A stretch of DNA of 36,346 nt from a virus (IMGVR_UViG_2529292882_000022:1-36346), one strand, 5' to 3'; shown: positions 9,570-19,124, numbered from the stretch's first letter. Notes: generated by a model from the sequence alone, not told the origin. A program made the numbers and translations.

Positions 9570-9892
9570 CTGGTTCCGTTAAAAAACACAACATCGATGT
9601 TATAGGTGGGGTTCTCTGCCCCATCTACCTTTGAAATGGCCAATGATGCAAAATACCCGGCAAACTGTTGCTGAACCATGTTCACATAGTAGTCCGGGTA
9701 AATCTGCTGCACGATGCACTGCTGCGCAGGAATACCGTAATTCGCGTAAAATGGCGACTCCCCCAATCCCAGCTTTAACGTCTGAATGAGCGTCGTCAGC
9801 CAGCCGTAGGAGAAATCACCGTTGGCGTCAGATTCTACTGCAACCCATTTTTTGTTGCCGTTCGCGTCGGTGACGCGGCCCCATGTTCTCAT
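9545..9892 (-). CDS. small tail/baseplate-associated protein (115 aa), function unknown
   Basis: ATG at 9892 with AAAGG upstream; lies in the tail operon between the terminator-like hairpin and the opposite-strand island. Confidence 0.35.
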   Translation of the reverse strand: MRTWGRVTDANGNKKWVAVESDANGDFSYGWLTTLIQTLKLGLGESPFYANYGIPAQQCIVQQIYPDYYVNMVQQQFAGYFASLAISKVDGAENPTYNIDVVFFNGTSYRTQVPV

Positions 9893-9895
9893 ACG

Positions 9896-10111
9896 TCAAC
9901 CTTTCAAGTAAATTAAGGTGCCGGTAACCAGAGCGGTGCAAATGATCCACGCTACTGGAGTCAGAATATGCCGAATACCCCGACATACTGCGATTATTCT
10001 CGCAGCCTTATCAGCCCCTTGTGGGGTTGTCTCAGCCTTAATCATCAAATCGTCTCCAAATTTATCTTTAGGTGCGCTAGAATTTGGCTGCATGAGTAAT
10101 CTCCATGCCAT
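9896..10111 (-). CDS. small membrane protein (71 aa), function unknown
   Basis: C-terminal hydrophobic stretch ILTPVAWIICTALVTGTLIYL; ATG at 10111; immediately downstream (minus sense) of the hairpin at 10134-10172. Confidence 0.3.
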   Translation of the reverse strand: MAWRLLMQPNSSAPKDKFGDDLMIKAETTPQGADKAARIIAVCRGIRHILTPVAWIICTALVTGTLIYLKG

Positions 10112-10133
10112 TTCAAATACTGTTCTGTTGATA

Positions 10134-10172
10134 CAAAAAGCCCCGAACTGTTGCAGCAGCCGGGGCTTTCGC
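10134..10172 (-). terminator. hairpin terminator-like element (GCCCCG...CGGGGC, T-run on minus strand)
   Basis: Stem gccccg(10140-10145)/cggggc(10161-10166); on the minus strand it is followed by TTTTT (10135-10139). Near-identical hairpin recurs at 29951-29985. Confidence 0.45.
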
Positions 10173-10202
10173 TTTATGGATGTAATTTAAAGTGAGCCGG
10201 TA

Positions 10203-10916
10203 TTAACCCGGATTTGGTTTCTTCGACGTGATCGTGCTGCCGCCGCTTTGAACGCCAGTCACATCGTGGCTGTGGCCGCTGGCGCTCACGCCGTTGATAA
10301 CTGCATCTTTCTCGACCTTGAGAGGGCCAATCAGCGAAGCGGTTGTATCCTTCATTTGTTCTTTGTCCTGTACGATTGGACCGTTGAGATGAATTTTCCC
10401 GTTCATGAAGATATCTTCGGCCTCGAGGTAAACAGCTTTCGACTTTAGCCTGATTTCTTCCGGTGCCACCGTTACCGAGCTACTGCCGCCCTCTGTTTTG
10501 AGGATCGCGCCATCCGGACCGTACAAAACTATTTTTTGCGGATCTTCGTCGGACCAGTCCTTGTTTGCCAGTGGCACGAAAAACAGTGGAGTGAGCGACA
10601 TCGAGTAAGAGAGCGTCGCCATACCGGTTCCCAATCCAGACACACCGCGCAGTGATACATCAGCGGCAATTGTTACTCCTCGATCGCCCGGCTGTATCGG
10701 GTAACGAATATACGGGAATGTGGCGACAGGGATTGTTATCTGCGGAAAGTTGATCCCCTCCGGCAGCATATCAAACTGAACTGTCACTATCTGCCCGCTG
10801 ACATCGACAACATGGCAGGGCAATTCACGGCCTTTAAGCTCGGCTTGCTGGTTACCAGAACTGGTCATCATCTCTGACAGCGTTCGGAGAAACGGTATTT
10901 TTTGAGCGTTTGACAT
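10203..10916 (-). CDS. baseplate/spike-region protein (237 aa), putative
   Basis: Position in tail operon downstream of the tape measure and hub-region genes; no motif recognised with certainty. Confidence 0.4.
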   Translation of the reverse strand: MSNAQKIPFLRTLSEMMTSSGNQQAELKGRELPCHVVDVSGQIVTVQFDMLPEGINFPQITIPVATFPYIRYPIQPGDRGVTIAADVSLRGVSGLGTGMATLSYSMSLTPLFFVPLANKDWSDEDPQKIVLYGPDGAILKTEGGSSSVTVAPEEIRLKSKAVYLEAEDIFMNGKIHLNGPIVQDKEQMKDTTASLIGPLKVEKDAVINGVSASGHSHDVTGVQSGGSTITSKKPNPG

Positions 10917-11923
10917 TACACCCTCGCCCAGTTCTCAGCATATGCCTCGAATACCGTCACCCAGGCATCGCCATCGGCTGTCAGATACGAACCAATATGT
11001 CTGACCGATTTCACAAGAAATTTCCCGGTAAACGTGGTCGAATTTTTTGCGATAACGCTGGGTGCCGTTGTATTAGCCATCACGATCGACGCAGAGCCAG
11101 AATAAAGCCCCTCTGGCAATTTGATCACATCACCACATCTTATGTCGCCCCTCATGGGGCATTTGAAACTGACGGTAAACGGCGCTATCCATGTCGGCTG
11201 CCCGACCAGTTCATGGGCATGAATTGTTTTTGGCTCACCCCAATTTGCCGATACGTTATCGTAGATTCGTATCCTGTCGGAAAGAATACTGATAGCGACT
11301 CCGCTATACCTTTCATTACGCATCATTGCGATTGAAGCACTACGGACTACCATCGCCAACGACCCAATATTGTCGTAGGTTCCCTTCCACGGCTCTGGTA
11401 AAACCAGACTGTCACTGACTGTGCAGTCGATCAATTTATTCGGAAATGCCTTTTGCAACGCACGGGAGATTACATCACTAACCTTTTCCCCTTTAAGCCC
11501 CTCTCCCTCGATAGAGAACGGTTTACCATCATCTGTTTTGCGTACGGTTGGATTTATTACCAGGTTTAAGGTCTGGTTCGTGCCGATCCAGTTGGCATAG
11601 GCCAGATAAATTTCGCCATAAATTACCTCACCCTGTTGCTGTGGATTTGCCAAAGGCAATCCCTCAACAAAGCCCGCTTTCATACGGACCAGACACCCCT
11701 GCAAACTCACGCTTTGCTTCAGCATGTCGATAGGCAAACCGTATATTGTGAGCATCGTTCCTGAATTCACTACATCAAGCCCAGCCACCTCCACATCAAA
11801 TTCAACATGTAGCCCGCATCCCGGCGTTCTGCTGGTATCAAACGGACCAATGGTATTTCCGTTGCTATCCACTGGCGGCTTGCCTGTTTTAGGGTTAATG
11901 ATTTCCAGTCGGTAATAACGCAT
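10916..11923 (-). CDS. tail/baseplate protein (335 aa), putative
   Basis: Start/stop overlap with neighbours (operon-like coupling); call by position only. Confidence 0.4.
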   Translation of the reverse strand: MRYYRLEIINPKTGKPPVDSNGNTIGPFDTSRTPGCGLHVEFDVEVAGLDVVNSGTMLTIYGLPIDMLKQSVSLQGCLVRMKAGFVEGLPLANPQQQGEVIYGEIYLAYANWIGTNQTLNLVINPTVRKTDDGKPFSIEGEGLKGEKVSDVISRALQKAFPNKLIDCTVSDSLVLPEPWKGTYDNIGSLAMVVRSASIAMMRNERYSGVAISILSDRIRIYDNVSANWGEPKTIHAHELVGQPTWIAPFTVSFKCPMRGDIRCGDVIKLPEGLYSGSASIVMANTTAPSVIAKNSTTFTGKFLVKSVRHIGSYLTADGDAWVTVFEAYAENWARV

Positions 11924-12189
11924 TACGAAACCTCAAACTGATTCGTACTTTCGCGAAAAATGAGTTTCCCCGGCGAGCAAGGCAGCGCCAGATTAATATC
12001 GTAACCATCAGGGGAAGCAATCAGAGGCGTATATACAATGACCTTGCCAGAACTGTCTTTCAGTTCCAGATAGTAACGGTTTGCGTACAGATTAAACGGA
12101 ACGCGGGCGAATGCTTCATATTCTCCGATTCTGGCCGTGAACTGAAACGGACCTCGCCCGTCTGGTTTAAAAGGAATTAACGTTGTCAT
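11923..12189 (-). CDS. small tail protein (88 aa), putative
   Basis: Tightly coupled ORF within the tail operon. Confidence 0.35.
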   Translation of the reverse strand: MTTLIPFKPDGRGPFQFTARIGEYEAFARVPFNLYANRYYLELKDSSGKVIVYTPLIASPDGYDINLALPCSPGKLIFRESTNQFEVS

Positions 12190-12854
12190 AAGCCAATACC
12201 AAACTCCTGCACGACCTGGTTCTTAATACCTGACCACGATAGCGGCCCGTCTGACGGCATCCCTTTATCAAATTTATCCAGAACGCTCGCCAGCGTCTTT
12301 ACTGTTTGTTCGACAGACGACAATGGTTGCTCAAACTCAATCTGCCAGGTGTGCTGCACTTGCTTGTTCTGCTCAGAGAAACCGGATGTATCGATAAACG
12401 ACCGCATCAGGCAGCGCGTGTAGATAAACGAGGGAGTCAGAACGGTGTAGCAACCGCCATAATGGTTATGCATATCAAGCGCCATTTTCAGCGCCGTGAA
12501 CGTCATTCCCTTCGCGGTGTAGCCACCGTCCTCCGTAGATGCCGGACGGATCATCTGCATGACTACCCGGTTAGGCTTCCTGACGGTCGCATTCGCTGCC
12601 GTTACCTGGTTATAGAAATTCAGGTTGCAAATATCCTGCTGGACTAACGTTGTCCCCGCCATTGGCGTGAATGCCGCCATCGAACGTGTACGAATCTCTC
12701 CATGCAGCAGACCGTTCGCGATGCTTAGTCCTTCGGTCAGAACAGCAATCGGCATCACCCCGCCAGGAATTTTCGACGCTATGCCATCAACTAAAAGAAT
12801 GGGCGATACTTCAAACGCCAGTTTGAAAGCTTGTCCAAAGTAATTAAGTGACAT
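12186..12854 (-). CDS. tail protein (222 aa), putative
   Basis: Immediately downstream of the tape measure gene, with 4-nt overlap to the next gene. Confidence 0.4.
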   Translation of the reverse strand: MSLNYFGQAFKLAFEVSPILLVDGIASKIPGGVMPIAVLTEGLSIANGLLHGEIRTRSMAAFTPMAGTTLVQQDICNLNFYNQVTAANATVRKPNRVVMQMIRPASTEDGGYTAKGMTFTALKMALDMHNHYGGCYTVLTPSFIYTRCLMRSFIDTSGFSEQNKQVQHTWQIEFEQPLSSVEQTVKTLASVLDKFDKGMPSDGPLSWSGIKNQVVQEFGIGL

Positions 12855-12857
12855 CTT

Positions 12858-14846
12858 TTACCCCGGTATTTGTTGCGTTCCGGCGAGTTGTGCCAGTATG
12901 TCGGAACCTGGCGATTGTCGCACCTGAAGCTCAATTATTGCGCGGGCATTTTTGCCAGCACCCTGAAGGTTATCTTTGGCATTTCTTAGCTGATTCATAA
13001 TACCAGGGTGTTGATCCAAGGCTCCCTGTATCTGAGGCAATAATTTAATTAAATATTTTACAGTCTCCATTCTCAAACTTAGATTTCCATCTCTATCAAT
13101 ACGACCTCCGTTATATGCCGTAAGCATTTTTGCCACATCGCCTTTATAACGCCGATTCAGATCATTTAAAAAGCGGCCAGCCGCAAGAGTGGATTTATTT
13201 GGGTCATAAACATCATCTCCCACCAGACCATACTGTTTTGCGGTGCTATCCCAGAATTGCCACAACCCCTTAGCATAATTGCCATTTTCATCGGGGCTTC
13301 CTTTCGCTAGGGGATTCCACGATGATTCGGCTTCTGCAATTGCAGACATCATATTTTTAGGAAGTCGATAAGTATTATTGGCTTGCTCTACAAAGTTCTG
13401 AATATTTCTCTTTAAATCATTAGGCATACGGTAATTTTTATATACATCATCCTGTTTATAAAACTCACCCGTATACTGATTTGTCATCGGGTTTGCTCCC
13501 GGCAACGCACCGCCGAGATATTTATCCCCAAATGCCACAAGAACTGGATCTGCCTGTTCAGCACCAACTCCGGTTCCGGGGAGATATTTATCTTTCCCGC
13601 CGATCCATTTGATAGCTGACCATATTGCTTTTGCAATACGGCTCACCGCCAGAGAAAAATCATCAAGATCATTTTTAAACTGTTCACTATTTAGCCACTT
13701 ACCAAGTTTCTCCAGCCCTTCTCCAGCCTCAGTGAGAATTTGTTTAAAATTTCCACCATTCAGAAAACCTTCAATATTGGATGTCAGCCCATCAGATGCA
13801 CCTCTGATTAATGGGTTATATCTGGCAAGAGCTGCATACCAGGAATTTGATATTCTGTTTCCATTTACCATCAGGTTACTCACCGTATCCTGATAATCTG
13901 ACTGCATAGCTGGCGTGAGGTAAGCGCCGAGTAACCTGGTATTTGCTGCAAATTTCTCATTCAGTTGGGGGATCTTGTCCAGATTCGCTTCCGCCTGGTT
14001 AGTTGTCGCGACATCAACAAATCCAAGTCCTTGTCCGTTGAGAATCCCCTGAGTAAGTCCTGAACCTTTATATTGCTTAACTAGAGATGCAAGCGCACTC
14101 ATAAGTTTGGGCAGATTCTTTGCTGCACCATCTCGCGGATCAATTCCAAGACTAACCAGACCAGCATAGTTTGGATCGTTTGGATTTTTCTGTGCGTTCG
14201 CCAGATGCTGAACCAGTTCTTCTGTGCCAGAAAAATATGGAGAATAGGTGGCACGTGCAGCCTGCATTTGGGCGGTTTCCATCCCTAACCCCTGAGCCAC
14301 GCTATACTGTGCCGCGACTTTACTTGCCATATAGCCGTAGCCAAACGGCCCCGCAACCCCTATTGCAGCTATCTTCGCCCCCCACGCAACCGTGGTTTTA
14401 AACAGGCTTTTTAACCGGGAATTAGTCGTTTTAAGCGTTGAATTGATCTGTTTGTAAGTTTTCAGCGTCCCCTGAGCGTTTTTACCCAGCCCGTTGAGAT
14501 ACTTATCAAACATCGTTTCGCCGCGACCTTTATAGTTGCTCACCAGCGAATCAGGTGTTTTCCCGCTTCCAACAAAGCGCCCTTTTTCATCCCTTAAACG
14601 TCCATCAGTGGAAGCAGCCGAAACTGGCTCGGGTGAAGATGGTTTCCTGGGAGCCTGATTGGCTTCTCCGCCTGCGGTTGTCTGCCGGGCGCCACCTGCC
14701 GGACCTGTATTTGAAGGTATTTTAAGCGGCGTACCGGCAGGGCCAATCATCAGCCCGTTGCGATACTTTTCAAATATCGCCTCAAGTCGCTTAAGATGTT
14801 CTTCATTAACGTCCAGTGTCAGAACTGGCATCTGATTACCTGACAT
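12858..14846 (-). CDS. tail tape measure protein with C-terminal lytic transglycosylase (SLT-like) domain
   Basis: Lies directly after the frameshifted chaperone pair; C-terminal region carries SLT-like motifs AIAEAESSWNP, GLWQFWDSTAKQYG and AYNGG. Confidence 0.7.
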   Translation of the reverse strand: MSGNQMPVLTLDVNEEHLKRLEAIFEKYRNGLMIGPAGTPLKIPSNTGPAGGARQTTAGGEANQAPRKPSSPEPVSAASTDGRLRDEKGRFVGSGKTPDSLVSNYKGRGETMFDKYLNGLGKNAQGTLKTYKQINSTLKTTNSRLKSLFKTTVAWGAKIAAIGVAGPFGYGYMASKVAAQYSVAQGLGMETAQMQAARATYSPYFSGTEELVQHLANAQKNPNDPNYAGLVSLGIDPRDGAAKNLPKLMSALASLVKQYKGSGLTQGILNGQGLGFVDVATTNQAEANLDKIPQLNEKFAANTRLLGAYLTPAMQSDYQDTVSNLMVNGNRISNSWYAALARYNPLIRGASDGLTSNIEGFLNGGNFKQILTEAGEGLEKLGKWLNSEQFKNDLDDFSLAVSRIAKAIWSAIKWIGGKDKYLPGTGVGAEQADPVLVAFGDKYLGGALPGANPMTNQYTGEFYKQDDVYKNYRMPNDLKRNIQNFVEQANNTYRLPKNMMSAIAEAESSWNPLAKGSPDENGNYAKGLWQFWDSTAKQYGLVGDDVYDPNKSTLAAGRFLNDLNRRYKGDVAKMLTAYNGGRIDRDGNLSLRMETVKYLIKLLPQIQGALDQHPGIMNQLRNAKDNLQGAGKNARAIIELQVRQSPGSDILAQLAGTQQIPG

Positions 14847-15539
14847 TCAATACACCTCCCGGCGTCGTGCATTTACGCAGCTCACGAAACTGAGCTGCTG
14901 TTTTTACATTCAGGCCGGAATTTGCCCAGATGTCGCTGAATCCGTCTCCGGCTGAGTAGTCGAGGATGTCACTGATGACGTGTTCGCCGTCGCGCCAGAA
15001 CTGGCGGCAGGCTTCAATGTCGGCAAGGAAGCAATCCAATCCGTAAGACTCAAGGATGAAGTGCGACTGTTCCACATTCCACTGACTGCCAGCATCATCT
15101 GCTCCGTCTGCTCCGGTGTGTTTATCGACGAGACGCATGTAAAAAAAACGAGTTCACCTGCCACATCATCAAATTCAACGATGCCGCGCTCCAGCGCCAT
15201 ATCAAGCGGGATCGTGTCATAACCTTTCCCTTCGACTGGGTAAACCAGATTCGCAAGGCGAATGATTTCATTCACGAGCGTATTGCGAACGCCCTTTTCG
15301 CCATCCCAGATGTTCATATCTGAGGAGATCCGTTCCAGCATAAGGCAGGCGATACGCGGCCCCGCAACGACGCCAAGACCTTCAGAAAAAATGGCAGAAA
15401 AAGTTTTACTCAGAATGAAGAAATGCTCTTTAAACACCTCTTTGCTGATCGGCGTGGCATGGATCCAGCCGTTACCCTTTTCTGTCCGGACAGGAATAAT
15501 CAGATTCAGATTTCGGGAGATTTTCATACCAGATCCCAC
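14836..15539 (-). CDS. tail assembly chaperone frameshift fusion (GT-like) via programmed -1 frameshift at 15141-15148
   Basis: Minus-strand sequence GAA CTC GTT TTT TTT ACA: a -1 slip on T TTT TTT continues into the frame of the 100-aa ORF (TAC ATG CGT...) ending at 14836; conserved arrangement upstream of tape measure genes. Confidence 0.55.
14910..15539 (-). CDS. tail assembly chaperone (G-like, zero-frame product)
   Basis: 209-aa ORF between tube and tape measure genes, overlapped in the -1 frame by a second ORF (15138..14836) at a T8 slippery run. Confidence 0.6.
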   Translation of the reverse strand: MGSGMKISRNLNLIIPVRTEKGNGWIHATPISKEVFKEHFFILSKTFSAIFSEGLGVVAGPRIACLMLERISSDMNIWDGEKGVRNTLVNEIIRLANLVYPVEGKGYDTIPLDMALERGIVEFDDVAGELVFFTCVSSINTPEQTEQMMLAVSGMWNSRTSSLSLTDWIASLPTLKPAASSGATANTSSVTSSTTQPETDSATSGQIPA

Positions 15540-15967
15540 ATTTCAGAGTTGATGTAATACGTACCGGTAATGGTGATGGCCACACCCGGCTCGCCCCCGG
15601 CGAAGGTCATATCCTGCACGTTGGTGATCGCCGTGTTATAGATATCGAAGTCACCGAACACCGTGCTGTCGCTATACACTTTTGCGTCGCCGATCGTGGC
15701 GTTCTTTTCCCATTGAGCCTTGAATTGTTTCCCCAGCGCCTGGCTACGCAGCAGATGAACACGCGCCTGTAAAATCATGTATGGCTGCGGCGACTGCACG
15801 GCTCCCGTCATGGCGGGTAAAAACTCCGTGATATTGCCCTGAAAGGACAATTCGACGCCTTCTTTTGCCAGAAATGAGGCGGACACATTCAGTTCGGAAT
15901 GAGAGGTGAATTTAACGCTGGCGCGAACCCGGTTAAGGGTGCCAACGGGGATCATTGGATTAGGCAC
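15524..15967 (-). CDS. tail tube protein, putative
   Basis: 147-aa ORF immediately after the putative sheath gene and before the chaperones; call by synteny and size. Confidence 0.55.
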   Translation of the reverse strand: MPNPMIPVGTLNRVRASVKFTSHSELNVSASFLAKEGVELSFQGNITEFLPAMTGAVQSPQPYMILQARVHLLRSQALGKQFKAQWEKNATIGDAKVYSDSTVFGDFDIYNTAITNVQDMTFAGGEPGVAITITGTYYINSEMWDLV

Positions 15968-15978
15968 GGTTCAGTCCC

Positions 15979-17316
15979 TCACGAAAGCTGCATTGTCACA
16001 TTGATGTTAAAAATGATTTCGACAAATCCGCGCATCGGCGTATAGGAGGCCGAAAGGCCCGCATAACGCCCAATACCGTAATCATTCGGATTCGTGTTGA
16101 TATACTGGCGGAAAGGCACTGCATCTACGACAGGCTGGCCGTTGACCAGGCCGTAAGATACGCCCGTATTGAACACCGCCTGTGCGACCTGCTGCAGACG
16201 GTCGATCCCGTCCTGGTTGTAGTAAAGCGGGTTAATTGGGTTATTGCAGCCGTTGATCACCGCGTTGGCGAGCTGCATATCGACGTTAATCTGCACCCAA
16301 TCCACGGAATACCAGTACGTCATATCGTTACCGTCACTGGTAACGCCTTTCACCAGGATCGTGTTGGAGATTCCACCCTCAGCACCCGTTTCGATGTAGT
16401 TAATATTCTGCTTCGTCATCGTGGCCAGAATGGAATTTTTGCCCTTGTGGGCGTTTACCGCCTGTAAATAGCGAAATGCCATCGGCGGCACCTTGTTGAT
16501 TTCTGAAGGTGATGCGGAAACATAGTTCCACATTACGGCTGCTGCCGCGTTTGTCGCCGGGTACGTATCATCCGCCGTTGCAATAACCGACTTAATACCG
16601 GCATAAGGCGAAACGTAATTCGTGTCGTCCGGCGTTTTCGTCAGCACGAAGAAATACTGCATCGCTTCGTTGGCGGTGTGGAGTTTTGCCAGACTGATAA
16701 ACTCTGCGTCACCATCCCACGGCTGCGGCACCAGATACGCATAAAAACGCAGGAGCGGATCTTCCATATAAGCTTTCAGTGCAGCGATTTCCTTACTGAC
16801 TCCGCCTTTCTGTACTCCCAACTCCAGCAGGTAAATCCCCACTGAATTTCCCTGGGCAAAAAACGTGTTTACTGCCGTCACCAGATTTTCACTGCCAGCA
16901 ATAGAAAACTGCCCCAGCGTCACTGGAGAACCGGAAAGCTGAGAATCAGTAATAGTCCAGGTCAGTGTTTTTTCATCCGTGACGGTAGCAGTATATTCGC
17001 CATTCCACGCGTCGGGCGAACACCCGGAAACAACAATTTTCACCTCAGAACTGTTTTCGCGTCGGATGTTGCTCCCTTCCGGAAGCGTCATCGTAACGGT
17101 GACGCTTGCCGCAGATCTTCCTACGGCAGCCGCCGACAAGCCAGCAATCGGATTTTTAACCAGTTCGTTAATATCCTGATTACGGGTGAGTAATACGGGT
17201 TTTCCCGGCTCATGAGTCGTGGAACCAAACGAGAGAACCGCAGACATCTGCTGCAAATTCGAGGGAATGGCCCCGATGGTCTGGGACACATTCACCGTGA
17301 CGATATTAAATCCCAT
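15979..17316 (-). CDS. tail sheath protein, putative
   Basis: 445-aa ORF preceding tube, chaperone and tape measure genes; call by synteny and size. Confidence 0.55.
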   Translation of the reverse strand: MGFNIVTVNVSQTIGAIPSNLQQMSAVLSFGSTTHEPGKPVLLTRNQDINELVKNPIAGLSAAAVGRSAASVTVTMTLPEGSNIRRENSSEVKIVVSGCSPDAWNGEYTATVTDEKTLTWTITDSQLSGSPVTLGQFSIAGSENLVTAVNTFFAQGNSVGIYLLELGVQKGGVSKEIAALKAYMEDPLLRFYAYLVPQPWDGDAEFISLAKLHTANEAMQYFFVLTKTPDDTNYVSPYAGIKSVIATADDTYPATNAAAAVMWNYVSASPSEINKVPPMAFRYLQAVNAHKGKNSILATMTKQNINYIETGAEGGISNTILVKGVTSDGNDMTYWYSVDWVQINVDMQLANAVINGCNNPINPLYYNQDGIDRLQQVAQAVFNTGVSYGLVNGQPVVDAVPFRQYINTNPNDYGIGRYAGLSASYTPMRGFVEIIFNINVTMQLS

Positions 17317-18260
17317 TATTTAACCTCATATTTACAAATAACTTTTTCAATCAACTGCCGGGACATTTCCTGGGCGGTGCTCTGGTAGTAATTCACGTCA
17401 AAATCGACAATCTTTTTCTTCGCCAGAGCGTTGATTTCAACCTGTCCCGACTTTGCGTCCTGAACCACCGGAATATTGGTTACACCAAACTTTTCCTCCT
17501 CCAGCGCCCTGTTCACCACCGAGTCGACAAGATCCAGCGCCATTTTGTTGCTGAATCCGTAAAGCGTCAGGCGAACCGAATCCTGGACTAGCTGGAACCG
17601 CTCACCGCCGAAAACAACGGGAGCCACCTGCAACGGAATACTGTTGCGAACATCCACCGCGATATACGGAGGGCGAAGGTTCTGCGGTACTAGGTAAGAC
17701 GGATACACGGTCGCGGCATCTTTCATTTGCAGCCAGATCGGGATGCTGTTGGAGATGATCTGCTCGTCGCTGATATCCTCCTCGTAGTCGATAATCTGAG
17801 AACGCATGGTTGGTAAAATCGCCATGCCGCGATAATGAAAAATACCCGACTGCTGATAACGGCTCTCCATTCGTGAAAAAGCGAACTGGACGCCTCCGTA
17901 CTCACCGAGATAGATCGCATCGGGATTTTCCACATTAAAATCATCAACCTGCTGAACAGGCGTGAAAATAATGTTGTTCACATCCTTCGAGACAGACTCG
18001 TCCTGAATCGCAATAACCTGACGATGCAGGCTGCCTTTGATTTTCAGACGAGTTGGTGACTCAATATTCAGGCGACACAGTTCATCGCAACTGATGATTT
18101 CCGCATTAACCCAATAGACAAAGCCATCCAGCGGCAGAACCTGCCGGACATAGAGCCTGAACGTGATTTCCTGGTCTGACGAGATGGTTTCAACTGCGGA
18201 TTTAAGAACGGACGAGAGCTGCGAACTGTGCTGTTCGGCTAATTCCTCAAGACTCGGCAT
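17316..18260 (-). CDS. structural protein of head-tail joining region (314 aa), putative
   Basis: Position between capsid and sheath genes; overlapping start/stop with neighbours. Confidence 0.35.
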   Translation of the reverse strand: MPSLEELAEQHSSQLSSVLKSAVETISSDQEITFRLYVRQVLPLDGFVYWVNAEIISCDELCRLNIESPTRLKIKGSLHRQVIAIQDESVSKDVNNIIFTPVQQVDDFNVENPDAIYLGEYGGVQFAFSRMESRYQQSGIFHYRGMAILPTMRSQIIDYEEDISDEQIISNSIPIWLQMKDAATVYPSYLVPQNLRPPYIAVDVRNSIPLQVAPVVFGGERFQLVQDSVRLTLYGFSNKMALDLVDSVVNRALEEEKFGVTNIPVVQDAKSGQVEINALAKKKIVDFDVNYYQSTAQEMSRQLIEKVICKYEVK

Positions 18261-18687
18261 TATTATCTATCCACGCTATAAAGCTGCCCTTAAACAGGCC
18301 GCCGTCTATGAATGACGGACGCCGCTCTCCGGTATATTTGTCCTTAAGCCTGGAGTTAACGCCCAGTAGCGCGGCCTGAGTTGGCACAGGGTTTCCGTTA
18401 ATCGTCATCCCGGCCATTTCTTCAGTTTCAAGAAAAATATGGAAAATCTTCCCGGTCCCTTCCAGAAAATGCTCGCCAGGTAGCGGAGCCTTATACTTGA
18501 AGTGATTGACCAACTGGTACGCCAGTTCAGTACCTGCCTCCTGGATAATCTCGTCCTTATGCATTTCCCAGAAGTGCGTAAAAATTTCGTATCGCTCCTC
18601 GAGGTCACAGGCTACGTCAAACGTGGTTTTTCCCGGTTCGTCGCCGTAGTCATACGGCTGGTCGATAACCCCAAAACAAAGTTTCAT
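18247..18687 (-). CDS. head-tail connector / tail completion region protein, putative
   Basis: ATG at 18687 overlaps the upstream stop (ATGA coupling); alternative ATG at 18702. Confidence 0.35.
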   Translation of the reverse strand: MKLCFGVIDQPYDYGDEPGKTTFDVACDLEERYEIFTHFWEMHKDEIIQEAGTELAYQLVNHFKYKAPLPGEHFLEGTGKIFHIFLETEEMAGMTINGNPVPTQAALLGVNSRLKDKYTGERRPSFIDGGLFKGSFIAWIDNNAES

Positions 18688-19124
18688 GGCGTGTAACCCC
18701 ATACCGTGCCCATCTGCATCAGCACCGCAACAACCTGTCGTCCATACGGATCCTGTAACATCTGCAAATCCAGCAAAGACAGATTACTCAGCGCATCGCT
18801 GATGGTGATCGAACCCGATGTCCCCTGGTCTGCTGCCGCACTGACAAGCCCAGTAGCCAGTTTCCCAAGGTTGAGTTTTTTTCTCAGGTCGGCAAACCAC
18901 GAGCCGGGAGCGAAATTCAGGAGAATTGAGGCGGCAGCGTTATAAACCGTTCGCACATAGATGATGGGTAAACGCTCCAGCCCCTGATCATGAGGGATTA
19001 GCTCCATCGCAGACTGAAAGCAACATTCCAGCGTCGGATCATCGTCAGCAATAGCGTGAACCGGTACTTTCATGTCGTCACGAACAAAGCGAATAAATCC
19101 CTCCAGTGACGGACGCAAGGTCAT
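18684..19124 (-). CDS. head-tail connector region protein (146 aa), putative
   Basis: Operon position only. Confidence 0.35.
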   Translation of the reverse strand: MTLRPSLEGFIRFVRDDMKVPVHAIADDDPTLECCFQSAMELIPHDQGLERLPIIYVRTVYNAAASILLNFAPGSWFADLRKKLNLGKLATGLVSAAADQGTSGSITISDALSNLSLLDLQMLQDPYGRQVVAVLMQMGTVWGYTP

